A stretch of DNA of 30,132 nt from the IMG/VR virus record IMGVR_UViG_3300017766_003215, positions 1 through 30,132 of that record; one strand, written 5' to 3'. The stretch comes from a virus. Taxonomy: Duplodnaviria > Caudoviricetes. The position numbers and the translations under genes were made by a program. Below, one piece after another: positions 1 to 8,638 of the stretch. The notes below the pieces were generated by a model. It was not told the origin of the DNA. It saw only the letters and a program-made list of their open reading frames with translations, and searched no databases. The first letter of the stretch is position 1, and the number at the start of each line of letters is the position of its first letter.

Positions 1-86
1 GGGAGGGCCCGCCCGAGACCCACCCAGCCTCTCTCCGGCCGGGTTGTCCACAGGCTGACGCATGACTATGCAGGAGCGGGGTCGCC

Positions 87-338
87 GTGATCGCCAAGGC
101 CGTCAGCAAGTGGATCACCACTCGGCGTGGTGACGACGACTGGTCGCCCGACATGGAACCGTTGGCAGCGCTGGCGACCACGGTGGCGAAGGCCCTCGAC
201 GCCGGCGACGTGTCCGGCCCGCTGGTGCGGGAGCTGCGCATGACGTTGGCCCGACTCGAACCTCTGGAGGGTGCCGGCGATGCCTTCGACCTCCTCGCTG
301 CCGAGCTGTCCGCCGCGGTTCGCGACCCGTCGGACTGA
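87..338 (+). CDS. Terminase small subunit (putative)
   Basis: 83-aa helical ORF; GTG start preceded by AGGAG (72-76); overlaps the start of TerL; ALAxxxAxALD...LVRELRxTL pattern typical of actinophage TerS. Confidence 0.75.
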   Translation: MIAKAVSKWITTRRGDDDWSPDMEPLAALATTVAKALDAGDVSGPLVRELRMTLARLEPLEGAGDAFDLLAAELSAAVRDPSD

Positions 339-1692
339 TCGTCCGACCTGGGGCGACCAGGTGGCGACGGTGGCCGAGCACCTCGGCACACCGCTGATGC
401 CCTGGCAGCGACAGGTCGTCGACACGGCGCTGGAGTACGACCCGGACACCGGCCTGCTGGTGCACCGGGAAGTGGTGGTCACCGTGCCGCGCCAGTGCGG
501 CAAGACGACGCTCAGTCTCAGCCTCATGGTCTGGCGTGCGCTGCACGACCCGGGGGCGCGGATCATCTTCACCGCGCAGGACGGCGCAGCGGCCCGGGCG
601 AAGTTCAAAAACGACCAAGTGCCGATGCTCGAGGCGTCGCCGTACTCGGCCGGCTACACGATCCGCTACTCGAACGGCGAGGAGGCGGTGCGCTGGCGCA
701 ACGGCAGCCTCCACGAGGTCGTCGCGCCGACCGACCGGGCGGGTCACGGCAAGAGCCTCGACCTGTGCGTCATCGACGAGTGCTGGGAGTTCGAGGACTT
801 CCGACTCGACCAAGGCTTCGGCCCGGCGATGATTACGCGGCCCGAGCCGCAGATGTGGGTGATCTCGACGGCGGGGACGTCCCGCTCGACGTACCTGCTG
901 TCCAAGGTTGAGCGTGGTCGCGACGCAGTGCGTGACGACGTGACGACGGGGCTGGCGTACTTCGAGTGGGCCGCTTCGGCCGACGATGATCCGTCGGACC
1001 CGGAGACCTGGTGGTCGTGCATCCCGAGTCTGGGCCGCACGATCCCCGAGTCGGCGATCGCTGCCGAGCAGGCGTCGAAAGAGCCGGCAGAGTTCGAGCG
1101 GGCCTACCTGAACCGGTGGACGGCCAACGCGTTCGCAAGCAAGATCCCGGCGAGGAGCTGGGCGGCGTGCGCCGGTCAGAGCTCACCGGACGGCGAGGAT
1201 CTGACCTTCGCAGTCGACGTGTCGCCTGATCGGACGGTCGGCACGATCGGCGTGTGCGACGGCTCGACCTTCGAGATCGCTGCCCGCCAGTCGGGCACCG
1301 AGTGGATCGTCGCCGAGTGCATCCGCATGTGGGACGCCCACACGCCGGTCGCGTTCGTGATCGACGACGCCGGCCCGGCGTCGTCGCTGGTCCCGGAGTT
1401 GGAAGCTGCCGGGGTGCGGGTCGTTCGCACCAGTGGACGTCAGATGGCTGCGGCGTGCGGGCGGATCTTCGACGCAGTGACGAACCGTCAGGTGCGCCAC
1501 TCGTCGCAACCTGACCTTGACGCTGCGGTCGCTGGGGCTGCGGTCCGCAAGCTCGGCGACGCGTGGGCGTGGTCGAGGTCGTCGTCGACGGTCGACATCT
1601 CGCCGCTGGTGGCGGTGACGCTCGCCCTGTGGGGGGCGACGGTGCTGGAACGCGAGGAGCCCGAGTCGCCCGGCCCGGTGTTCGCCTACTGA
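280..1692 (+). CDS. terL: Terminase large subunit
   Basis: Q motif LMPWQ, Walker A VPRQCGKTT, Walker B LCVIDE, coupling motif ISTAG, nuclease FAVDVS...DISPLVA. ATG at 280 has GGAGG at 266-270 (ORF track starts at GTG 271). Confidence 0.96.
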   Translation: MPSTSSLPSCPPRFATRRTDRPTWGDQVATVAEHLGTPLMPWQRQVVDTALEYDPDTGLLVHREVVVTVPRQCGKTTLSLSLMVWRALHDPGARIIFTAQDGAAARAKFKNDQVPMLEASPYSAGYTIRYSNGEEAVRWRNGSLHEVVAPTDRAGHGKSLDLCVIDECWEFEDFRLDQGFGPAMITRPEPQMWVISTAGTSRSTYLLSKVERGRDAVRDDVTTGLAYFEWAASADDDPSDPETWWSCIPSLGRTIPESAIAAEQASKEPAEFERAYLNRWTANAFASKIPARSWAACAGQSSPDGEDLTFAVDVSPDRTVGTIGVCDGSTFEIAARQSGTEWIVAECIRMWDAHTPVAFVIDDAGPASSLVPELEAAGVRVVRTSGRQMAAACGRIFDAVTNRQVRHSSQPDLDAAVAGAAVRKLGDAWAWSRSSSTVDISPLVAVTLALWGATVLEREEPESPGPVFAY

Positions 1693-1703
1693 TCGGGGAC
1701 CTG

Positions 1704-1841
1704 GTGAAGCTGCTGTCCACGCTGCTCGAGCTCGCTGGCCTCGTGGCCGTGTCGAGCGCTGCGTTCCTCGTCTCGCTGCCGCTCGGCCTCCTCGTCGCCG
1801 GTGTCGCCCTGTTCGCTGTCGGTTGGGTCCTGGAGGACTGA
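1704..1841 (+). CDS. Small two-TM membrane protein between terminase and portal
   Basis: 45 aa, MKLLSTLLELAGLVAVSSAAFLVSLPLGLLVAGVALFAVGWVLED; TGATG overlap with the portal start. Confidence 0.75.
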   Translation: MKLLSTLLELAGLVAVSSAAFLVSLPLGLLVAGVALFAVGWVLED

Positions 1842-3073
1842 TGGGACTGTTCCGACGTGCGACGACTCCCAGCGAGGAGCGTTCGACGATCAGCCTCGGG
1901 CGTTACGCCCACCTGTGGACCGACAGCCTGTCGGCCTACAGCCCGGTGCCGGTGTCGACGTCGACGGCGTTGACTCACGCCGCGAGCTCGGCGTGCATCG
2001 ACACGCTCGCCTCGTCGGTGTCGGCACTGCCGCTCGACGCCGTCCGTCAGTCGGGAGCACAGCGCATTCCGGTGATGCCGTCACCGTCAATCATCCGGGA
2101 GCCGTCGCCACTGGTCGACCAGGACGTGTGGCTCTACCAGCTGATGTTCGCCCTGTTGACCGACGGCAACGCGTTCGGCGAGATCCTCGGATTCTCGGCA
2201 AACGGCCTGCCGACGTCGATCGAGCTGGTCGACAGCGACGAGGTGCTGAACCGTCGGATCGTCGACGGCATCCCGACGGTGACGGTGAAGAACGTCGACC
2301 GCCAGCTGTGGCCGTTCGGCGACCTGTGGCATCTGCCCGGCAGGTTCGTGCGTCCCGGCAGCCCGTTCGCCGACTCCCCTGTGCAGCGGGCCCGCTCGAC
2401 GATCGGCGCCGCGGTCGCAGCTCGCGACTTCGGCAGCAGGTTCTTCGGCGACGGCGGCCACCCCGGCGGGCTGATCCGCTCCGACCAGGAGCTGACTCAG
2501 GAGCAGGCGCAGGGCATCAAGCGTTCGTTCCTGAACGCCGTGCGCGGCAATCGCGAGCCGATGGTCGTCGGTTCGGGCCTGAGCTTTGAGCCGTTGATGG
2601 TCGATCCGAACGACTCGCAGTTCATCGACCTCATGCGCTTCACCACCGAGGAGGCGTGCCGTTTCTGGCGGGTGCCTCCGTCCATGGTCTACGCCGCCAC
2701 GTCCGGCCAGTCCGTCACCTACGCCAACGTCAGCCAGGCCGACCTCGCGTACTTGAAGCACTCGCTCGAGGGTCACCTGGTTCGCATCGAGAAGGCGCTG
2801 ACCCGCCTGCTGCCACGTCCGCAGTTCGCTCGGTTCAACCGGGCGGCGTTCCTCCGCTCCGACACCGACGGCCGCTTCGCCGCCTACCAGACCGCGCTAC
2901 GGAACGGCTGGATGAGCGTGAACGAGGTCCGGGCCCTGGAGGACGAAGCACCCATCGAGACCGGCGACCAGTACTTGTGGCCGCCGTACCGAGCGTTCCC
3001 CGTCAGCGGCGACGACCCTGACGACTCGCCGGACGACTCACCCGACATCATCCCGGAGGCTCCCAATGCCTGA
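1841..3073 (+). CDS. Portal protein, HK97 family
   Basis: ACIDTLASSVSALPL, LLTDGNAF, FFGDGGHPGGLI, DSQFIDL, GWMSVNEVRALED motifs; GGAGG RBS before ATG 1841. Confidence 0.96.
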   Translation: MGLFRRATTPSEERSTISLGRYAHLWTDSLSAYSPVPVSTSTALTHAASSACIDTLASSVSALPLDAVRQSGAQRIPVMPSPSIIREPSPLVDQDVWLYQLMFALLTDGNAFGEILGFSANGLPTSIELVDSDEVLNRRIVDGIPTVTVKNVDRQLWPFGDLWHLPGRFVRPGSPFADSPVQRARSTIGAAVAARDFGSRFFGDGGHPGGLIRSDQELTQEQAQGIKRSFLNAVRGNREPMVVGSGLSFEPLMVDPNDSQFIDLMRFTTEEACRFWRVPPSMVYAATSGQSVTYANVSQADLAYLKHSLEGHLVRIEKALTRLLPRPQFARFNRAAFLRSDTDGRFAAYQTALRNGWMSVNEVRALEDEAPIETGDQYLWPPYRAFPVSGDDPDDSPDDSPDIIPEAPNA

Positions 3074-3761
3074 CGCACCGAAGGCCCTGCTCACGCGGGC
3101 CGCACCCTTCACGACCCGGGCCACCGACGACAACGGCTTCACCCTCGAGGGGTACGCCGCCGTGTTCGACACTCCGACCCGCATCGACTCGTGGGAAGGA
3201 CTGTTCGACGAGCAGATCTCCCGGGGTGCGTTCACGAAGACGCTGAGCGAACGCAAGCCGGTCATGCAGTTCGACCACGGCCACGACATCGCCACGGGCT
3301 CGGTGCCGATCGCTGCGATCGAGTCGATCCGTGAGGACGACCACGGCCTGTTCGTGCGAGCCACGATGTTCGACAACCCCCGGGTCGAGCCGATCCGCCA
3401 GGCCATCGCCGGCGGCGCGATCGACGGGATGTCGTTCCGGTTCCGTGTCACCCGGGAGAGCTGGGACGAGACCCGCGACACGCCGCTGCGCACCATCCGG
3501 GAGCTGTCGCTGTTCGAGCTCGGACCCGTCGTGTTCCCCGCCTACGAGGCGACATCGGTCGGCGTGCGTTCACTGCTCGCCGGACTCGACGACACGCAGC
3601 GCCAGGCGCTGCTCGCAGAACTCGGCGTCGACGCCGTCCACCTGGACACCTCGACGCCAACCCCCGACGCCGTCCGTGAGGACACCTCGGGTCCCAACGG
3701 CCGCGACCCGCGCGCCGTACTCGCACTGGCCCACGCCCTTCGCGTGCGGCCACGACACTGA
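3066..3761 (+). CDS. Prohead protease, HK97 family
   Basis: LEGYAAVFD, GAFTKTL, FDHG (His), GMSFRF (Ser), ELGPVVFPAY motifs; lies between portal and capsid. Confidence 0.95.
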   Translation: MPDAPKALLTRAAPFTTRATDDNGFTLEGYAAVFDTPTRIDSWEGLFDEQISRGAFTKTLSERKPVMQFDHGHDIATGSVPIAAIESIREDDHGLFVRATMFDNPRVEPIRQAIAGGAIDGMSFRFRVTRESWDETRDTPLRTIRELSLFELGPVVFPAYEATSVGVRSLLAGLDDTQRQALLAELGVDAVHLDTSTPTPDAVREDTSGPNGRDPRAVLALAHALRVRPRH

Positions 3762-3772
3762 GAGGTACTGAC

Positions 3773-5197
3773 ATGAAGGCACTGGAACTGCTGCGCGCCG
3801 AGCGCGAGAAGCTCGAAGAGCAGCGCACCGCCGCCGTCGAGGCGATGGAGGCCGTCGCCACCGCCGCCCTCGACGAGACCCGATCCCTGAGCACCGAGGA
3901 CGACGCCGAGATCGCCGGCCGTCAGGCCGAGGTCGTCGAGCTGGACGAAAAGCTGTCCGCGCTCGACGCCCGCGAGGCCGAGCTCGTCGCCATCGAGGAG
4001 CGGACCGCCGAGCGCGCCACCCGGCCCTCGCTGCAGGTGATCTCGAAGCCCGAGCCGACCGACGTCTACAACGACCGCAGCGCCACCCCGCAGCAGGTCG
4101 CCGACGCCGTCACCCGGAGCCTCGAGCCGAAGGTCGAGCGCCCCGAGGACATGGCGCACGTCCGCAAGCTCGTGCTGCGCCACCGCTCCGACACCGCATG
4201 GGCGCGCGAGCTGATCGCCCGCTCGAGCGACGTGTACGAGTCGGCGTGGGGCAAGGTCGTCACCGGTCGCGAGTTCCAGCTGACCCCCGAGGAGCGCACC
4301 GCGCTCTCCACGGTCACGAACGCGAACGGCAACTTCCTCGTGCCGACGCACCTCGACCCGACGGTGATCCTCTCCAACGACGGCAGCTCCAACTCCGTCC
4401 GGGCGATCTCCCGGGTCGTCACCCTCACCCGCCCCGGCGACACCTCCTGGCAGGGCATCACCTCGGCCGGCGTCACCGCCAGCTTCGACGCCCAGCTCAC
4501 CGAGGTCTCGGACGACAGCCCGACCTTCGAGCAGCCGTCGATCCCGGTGCACAAGGCGCAGGCGTTCGTGATGGCGTCGATCGAGGCGGCCGAGGACATC
4601 GCCGGTCTCCAGACCGAGATCCTCGCCATGTTCGCCGACTCCCGCGACCGCCTCGAGGGCGCAGCCCACGCGACGGGTTCGGGCACGAACCAGCCGACCG
4701 GTGTGTTCACGGCGCTCGACGCGAACACGAACGTCGAGATCGTGTCGGACACCGCGGCGGCGATCTTCAAGGAGGACCTCGACGAGGTCTACCGCTCGGT
4801 CCCGGTCCGGTACCGGAGCCGGTCGTCCTGGCTCATGCACCCGATCTGGGCGCTGGAGATCCAGAACCTCGGCAGCGCGGTGAGCAACAAGTTCACCACC
4901 GAGCTGACGCAGGGCACGGCGACGCAGCTCTACGGCCGGCCGGTCGTCGAGTCCGACGACGCCCCGTCGACCACCACGACCACCGTCCGGGACAACCGGA
5001 TCGTCTTCGGTGACTTCCAGAACTACGTCATCGTCGACAAGCCCGGCAGCTTCGCCGTCGAGTACATCCCCCAGATGTTCAACACGGCGAACAACCTGCC
5101 GGACGGCCGGCGCGGCTGGTACGCCTACTGGCGGACCGGCGCCGACGTCGTGGTCGACACGGCGTTCCGCCTCCTCCAGGACAAGACCTCGGCCTGA
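3773..5197 (+). CDS. Major capsid protein, HK97 fold with N-terminal coiled-coil delta domain
   Basis: E/A/R-rich N-terminus, GNFLVP, GSGTNQPTG, LYGRPVVESD, IVFGDFQNY; strongly biased codons; GAGG RBS. Confidence 0.96.
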   Translation: MKALELLRAEREKLEEQRTAAVEAMEAVATAALDETRSLSTEDDAEIAGRQAEVVELDEKLSALDAREAELVAIEERTAERATRPSLQVISKPEPTDVYNDRSATPQQVADAVTRSLEPKVERPEDMAHVRKLVLRHRSDTAWARELIARSSDVYESAWGKVVTGREFQLTPEERTALSTVTNANGNFLVPTHLDPTVILSNDGSSNSVRAISRVVTLTRPGDTSWQGITSAGVTASFDAQLTEVSDDSPTFEQPSIPVHKAQAFVMASIEAAEDIAGLQTEILAMFADSRDRLEGAAHATGSGTNQPTGVFTALDANTNVEIVSDTAAAIFKEDLDEVYRSVPVRYRSRSSWLMHPIWALEIQNLGSAVSNKFTTELTQGTATQLYGRPVVESDDAPSTTTTTVRDNRIVFGDFQNYVIVDKPGSFAVEYIPQMFNTANNLPDGRRGWYAYWRTGADVVVDTAFRLLQDKTSA

Positions 5198-5215
5198 TCC
5201 GAGGTCGAGTTCGAC

Positions 5216-5258
5216 CGTGAGGGGCGGGCGGCCTGGCAGGCGCCGTCCGTCCCTCACG
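5216..5258 (+). terminator. 17-bp GC-rich hairpin after the capsid gene (terminator/attenuator or mRNA stabiliser)
   Basis: CGTGAGGGGCGGGCGGC (5216-5232) pairs with GCCGTCCGTCCCTCACG (5242-5258) with two G-U pairs; no U tract. Confidence 0.65.
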
Positions 5259-5292
5259 CCTGCCGCCCCGCCTGCTGCGAAGGGAGTCTGCC

Positions 5293-5481
5293 GTGTCGAA
5301 GGTGCACGCGTCGCGCACGTGTGTCGTCACCCACAACGGGGTGCCGGTGCTGGTGCGCAAGGACCAGGCGTTCGATCGCGACGACCCGCTGGTGCGGGAC
5401 TTCGCGTGGCTGTTCGCTGCGGACGTCGAGGAAGCAACCGCTCGCCCCGGCGAACGGCGCTCCACCAGGCGTAAGTCGTGA
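5293..5481 (+). CDS. Small post-capsid protein
   Basis: 62 aa; GGGAG RBS; C-terminal VEEATARPGERR motif recurrent in genes following actinophage capsid genes; GTGA overlap with the next gene. Confidence 0.8.
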   Translation: MSKVHASRTCVVTHNGVPVLVRKDQAFDRDDPLVRDFAWLFAADVEEATARPGERRSTRRKS

Positions 5482-6239
5482 AGCGCGACCGCGTCATCTT
5501 CGGCTACCTACACCCGGGCCACGAGTCGCACTGCTTCTCGGCGTCGGTGCGGGAGCTGTTGTTCTACGACGCAGCCCACGGTCAGCATCTGGTCTCGCAC
5601 CCGTTCGGTGTGGCGCCGAAGGAGACGGGCGCAGCGCACATCCACGCCGGTCGCAACGAACTGGCGCGCATCACCGTCGAACAGGACGCCGCCGACTGGC
5701 TGCTCATGATCGACGCTGACATGGGTTTCGCCCCGGACGTCGTCGAGCGACTGCTCGCAGCGGCCGACCCGGTGAAACGGCCGATCGTCGGCGGGCTCGC
5801 GTTTGCGCAGAAGTCCGACGGCCCCGGCCCGTTGTACGCCCGCCGCTACCGGTGCGTCCCGACGCTGTACCGGATGCACGAAACCGACGACGAGGTCGGC
5901 TTCGTTCCGCTGTTCGACTACCCACGGGACCAGCTGGTCGAAGTCGACGCCACCGGCGCCGCCTGCGTGCTGATCCACCGGCGGGTCTTCGAGTCGATCC
6001 AGACGACGTCGCCGTTCCGACCGTTCGACCAGGTGATCGTGCCGAAGGGCCCGACCGGCCGGACCGAGTTCGGCGAGGACCTGTCGTTCTGCCTGCGAGC
6101 CAAGGCCGCCGGCGAAGGGTTCCCGATTCACGTCGACACCAGCGTGAAGACCACTCACGACAAGGGCGCTGTGTTCCTCGACGAGGAGACCTACGACCTG
6201 CAACAGGCGATGATGGCGCTCCGAGGGCTCGCAGCGTGA
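5478..6239 (+). CDS. Glycosyltransferase, GT-A fold (GT2-like)
   Basis: GRN, DWLLMIDADM (DxD), VDATGAACVLIHRRVFE, GEDLSFC, IHVDTSVKTTH motifs. Confidence 0.88.
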   Translation: MKRDRVIFGYLHPGHESHCFSASVRELLFYDAAHGQHLVSHPFGVAPKETGAAHIHAGRNELARITVEQDAADWLLMIDADMGFAPDVVERLLAAADPVKRPIVGGLAFAQKSDGPGPLYARRYRCVPTLYRMHETDDEVGFVPLFDYPRDQLVEVDATGAACVLIHRRVFESIQTTSPFRPFDQVIVPKGPTGRTEFGEDLSFCLRAKAAGEGFPIHVDTSVKTTHDKGAVFLDEETYDLQQAMMALRGLAA

Positions 6240-7069
6240 TCGTCGTTCGACCCGGTCCCGACGCCGCCCGCTACTTGCTGGCCGGTGACGGCAACCCGGT
6301 GGCGTTCCCGTTCAACGTGCGGTGGCTGCTGCCGTCGGTGTGTGGCAGCGACCTCGCAGCGTGGTGGGTTGTGTGGGGGCTGTCGTGGCCGGTGCTCGGC
6401 GTCTCGGTTGCTCTGTGGGCGCGTGGCCTGGACGCCTCGTGGCCGGTCTCAATCGCCGCTGCGGTGCTCGTGCTGGCGCTGCCGGGGGTGATGCAGCCGC
6501 AGTCGACGTGGCCGGTCGGGGTCGACCTTCCGGCGATGGCGATGTCGGCTGCCTCGGCTGCCTGCTTCGTGCATGGCAACTGGCTGCTCGCCCTCGTGTT
6601 CGCCGTCTGGGCCGTCGCGATCAAAGAACAGGCTCCCATCTGGATCGCACTGTGGGTGTGGTCGCCGTGGCCGCTGGTCGTCCTGCCGCTGGCGCTGATC
6701 GCCTACCTGGTGCGCAGGCCGGACATCGACCCGATCACTGCGACCCCGCTGCTGCGCCGGGTGCACGATCATCCGGTCCGCTCAGCGTTCGAGCATCGTG
6801 CGCAGGCCGGTGGCTGGCGCAACTTCTGGCTCATGGTGGCACCGTGGTCGGTGGGTGTGGCGGCGCTGCTGGAGCCGTCGTGGCAGCTCGTGGCGGCGCT
6901 CGCAGTCGGCTACGCAGCGTTGCTCGTGGCGACCGACACGGTGCGGGTCTACCAGCCGCCGGCTGCGCCTGTGGTGGCGCTCGCAGCGTGCAGCGTGATC
7001 CCTGAGAGCTGGCTACCGCTGGCGCTGCTGCCGGCCGTCTTCTTCTGGCGTCCACCGGTGACCGGGTGA
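6236..7069 (+). CDS. Polytopic membrane protein, probable GT-C fold glycosyltransferase
   Basis: GTG 6236 overlaps the upstream stop; 277 aa with about 8-9 hydrophobic segments; PDAARY, PFNVRWLLP, GVD, AIKE and TDTVR motifs in GT-C-like order; flanked by two GT-A genes. The CDS is solid, the fold is inferred. Confidence 0.6.
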   Translation: MIVVRPGPDAARYLLAGDGNPVAFPFNVRWLLPSVCGSDLAAWWVVWGLSWPVLGVSVALWARGLDASWPVSIAAAVLVLALPGVMQPQSTWPVGVDLPAMAMSAASAACFVHGNWLLALVFAVWAVAIKEQAPIWIALWVWSPWPLVVLPLALIAYLVRRPDIDPITATPLLRRVHDHPVRSAFEHRAQAGGWRNFWLMVAPWSVGVAALLEPSWQLVAALAVGYAALLVATDTVRVYQPPAAPVVALAACSVIPESWLPLALLPAVFFWRPPVTG

Positions 7070-7608
7070 TGACGTCGCTCTCGATCGTCATCCCGACCAT
7101 CGGCCGGGACACACTGGAACGCGCCGATCGGTCGGCGTGTCGATGCGCTCAACGTGTCATTCGTGTCGCCGACGACTGCCCCGAGGTGCCAGCCGAAGTC
7201 CACGGCCAGTTCGGTGCGGCCGGCCTCGCCCGCAACGCCGGCCTTGACCTGGTCGACACGACGTTCGTCGGGTTCCTCGACGACGACGACGAGCTCGTCC
7301 CCGACGTCTACCGACGGGTGCTCGAGGCCAACGCAGACGCCGACCTGATCCTGCACACCGCCTGGCACCCGCAGCTCGGCCCGATCCCCCGACCCGGGTG
7401 GCTCACCGAGTTCGCCAACACGACGATCGCGATGACGGTGCGCACCTCGGTACTGCGGTCACTCGGTGGTTTCGTCGCCGGGTTCCCGTTCACCTTCAAG
7501 GGTGAGGACTTCGAGTTGTTCCGCCGTTTCGTCGACCACGGGCGTGCCGTCGTGGCATCCCCCGAGGTCGCCTACCTGATCCGCCCCGAGGAGATCGACA
7601 GACGATGA
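7069..7608 (+). CDS. Glycosyltransferase family 2
   Basis: SIVIPT, ARNAGL, FVGFLDDDD, GGF, GEDFE motifs; start ATG 7069 (or GTG 7066). Confidence 0.92.
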   Translation: MTSLSIVIPTIGRDTLERADRSACRCAQRVIRVADDCPEVPAEVHGQFGAAGLARNAGLDLVDTTFVGFLDDDDELVPDVYRRVLEANADADLILHTAWHPQLGPIPRPGWLTEFANTTIAMTVRTSVLRSLGGFVAGFPFTFKGEDFELFRRFVDHGRAVVASPEVAYLIRPEEIDRR

Positions 7609-8237
7609 GCATCTCCAACGGGTACCTCACGATCGAGGAGGCGGTCAGCTACGTCGGCCGCAACGAATCCCGGGACACCTACGAGCTTGAGGACGTGGTG
7701 ACCGCTGCGTCGCGGATGGTCGACCGGCACTGCGGGCGGCACTTCTACCAGGCGTCCGCCGACGCCCGGGAGTTCGACGTCGACTCCGACGGCTACACGG
7801 TGACGTTCGGGGCGTTCAACGACCTCGTGTCGGTCACGTCCGTCGCCTACGACAACAACGACGACGGCGTGTACGAGTCGACCCTGACCGCTTCGCAGTA
7901 CCAGCTGCTCGCACCGGTGCAGGGCCAAGCCCCGGGGACGTGGCCGTACACGCAGCTGCGCAACGTCACCTCGACGCTGCTGCCGTCGCCGCCGACGGCG
8001 TCCGGCCGTGAGCGTCTGATCCGCATCACGGGCACGTGGGGCTGGCCGGCGGTCCCGCCCGAGGTAAGGCAAGCGACACGCATCCTCGTCGCCGAACTGG
8101 CGAAGCTGCAGGACGCCCCGCTCATGGTCGCGGGCTTCTCGGAGTTCGGCGTGGTGCGGGTGTCGTCGTCGATGCCAGCCCGGGCCCGACAGCTGCTTCA
8201 GCCGTTCCGCCACCCCGACAACGTGGGACTCGCCTGA
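7605..8237 (+). CDS. Head-to-tail adaptor
   Basis: YLTIEE, AASRMVDRHCGRHF, ITGTWGWPAVPPEVRQA, ARQLLQPFR motifs. Confidence 0.88.
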   Translation: MSISNGYLTIEEAVSYVGRNESRDTYELEDVVTAASRMVDRHCGRHFYQASADAREFDVDSDGYTVTFGAFNDLVSVTSVAYDNNDDGVYESTLTASQYQLLAPVQGQAPGTWPYTQLRNVTSTLLPSPPTASGRERLIRITGTWGWPAVPPEVRQATRILVAELAKLQDAPLMVAGFSEFGVVRVSSSMPARARQLLQPFRHPDNVGLA

Positions 8238-8638
8238 TGGCCGCGACGCTCGGCGAGGTCCGCACCGCGCTGGCCTCCGCACTTGAGGACGCCTACCCCG
8301 GCTGGAACGTCTACCGGCTCCCACCGGAGACCGTCGAGGTCCCGGCGTTCGTCATCACCGGCTTCTCGGTCGTGCCGCAGGCCGCCGCCCGGGTCGACAT
8401 GGCAGAGGCCGAGGTGAACGTTCTGGTCTCGCACCGTCACGTCGACCAGGTCGAACTCCTCGACGAGGTCCTGTCCCCTGGCGCCGACGGGTCGGTCTGG
8501 TCCTGCGTTGAGGCCGACCCGTCGCTCGGCGGGGTCGTGTCGTCAACGGTCGTGACCGATGCCGGCAACTACCAGGCGACGACGGTCGCCGACGTCGCCT
8601 ACTACGCCGCAGCGTTCAGCGTTCAGGTGATGCTCTGA
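8237..8638 (+). CDS. Tail terminator / tail completion protein (putative)
   Basis: 133 aa from ATG 8237 (TGATG); acidic; EADPSLGGVV motif typical of actinophage tail terminators; neck position. Confidence 0.7.
   Translation: MAATLGEVRTALASALEDAYPGWNVYRLPPETVEVPAFVITGFSVVPQAAARVDMAEAEVNVLVSHRHVDQVELLDEVLSPGADGSVWSCVEADPSLGGVVSSTVVTDAGNYQATTVADVAYYAAAFSVQVML

Noticed and set aside
3011-3046. DDPDDSPDDSPD repeat at the portal C-terminus
   Set aside because: Ordinary acidic low-complexity portal tail.
3542-5257. Long antisense and alternate-frame ORFs (e.g. 3542-5257, 11250-12677, 14553-15911, 18457-19926, 22595-23962)
   Set aside because: Shadow ORFs expected from high GC3 and scarce stop codons; Arg/Gly/Pro-rich with no motifs.
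6219-6239. ssrA-like LAA C-terminus on the first glycosyltransferase (and IAA on the fibre)
   Set aside because: Ala-rich ends are easily produced by GC bias and overlap constraints; no independent support.
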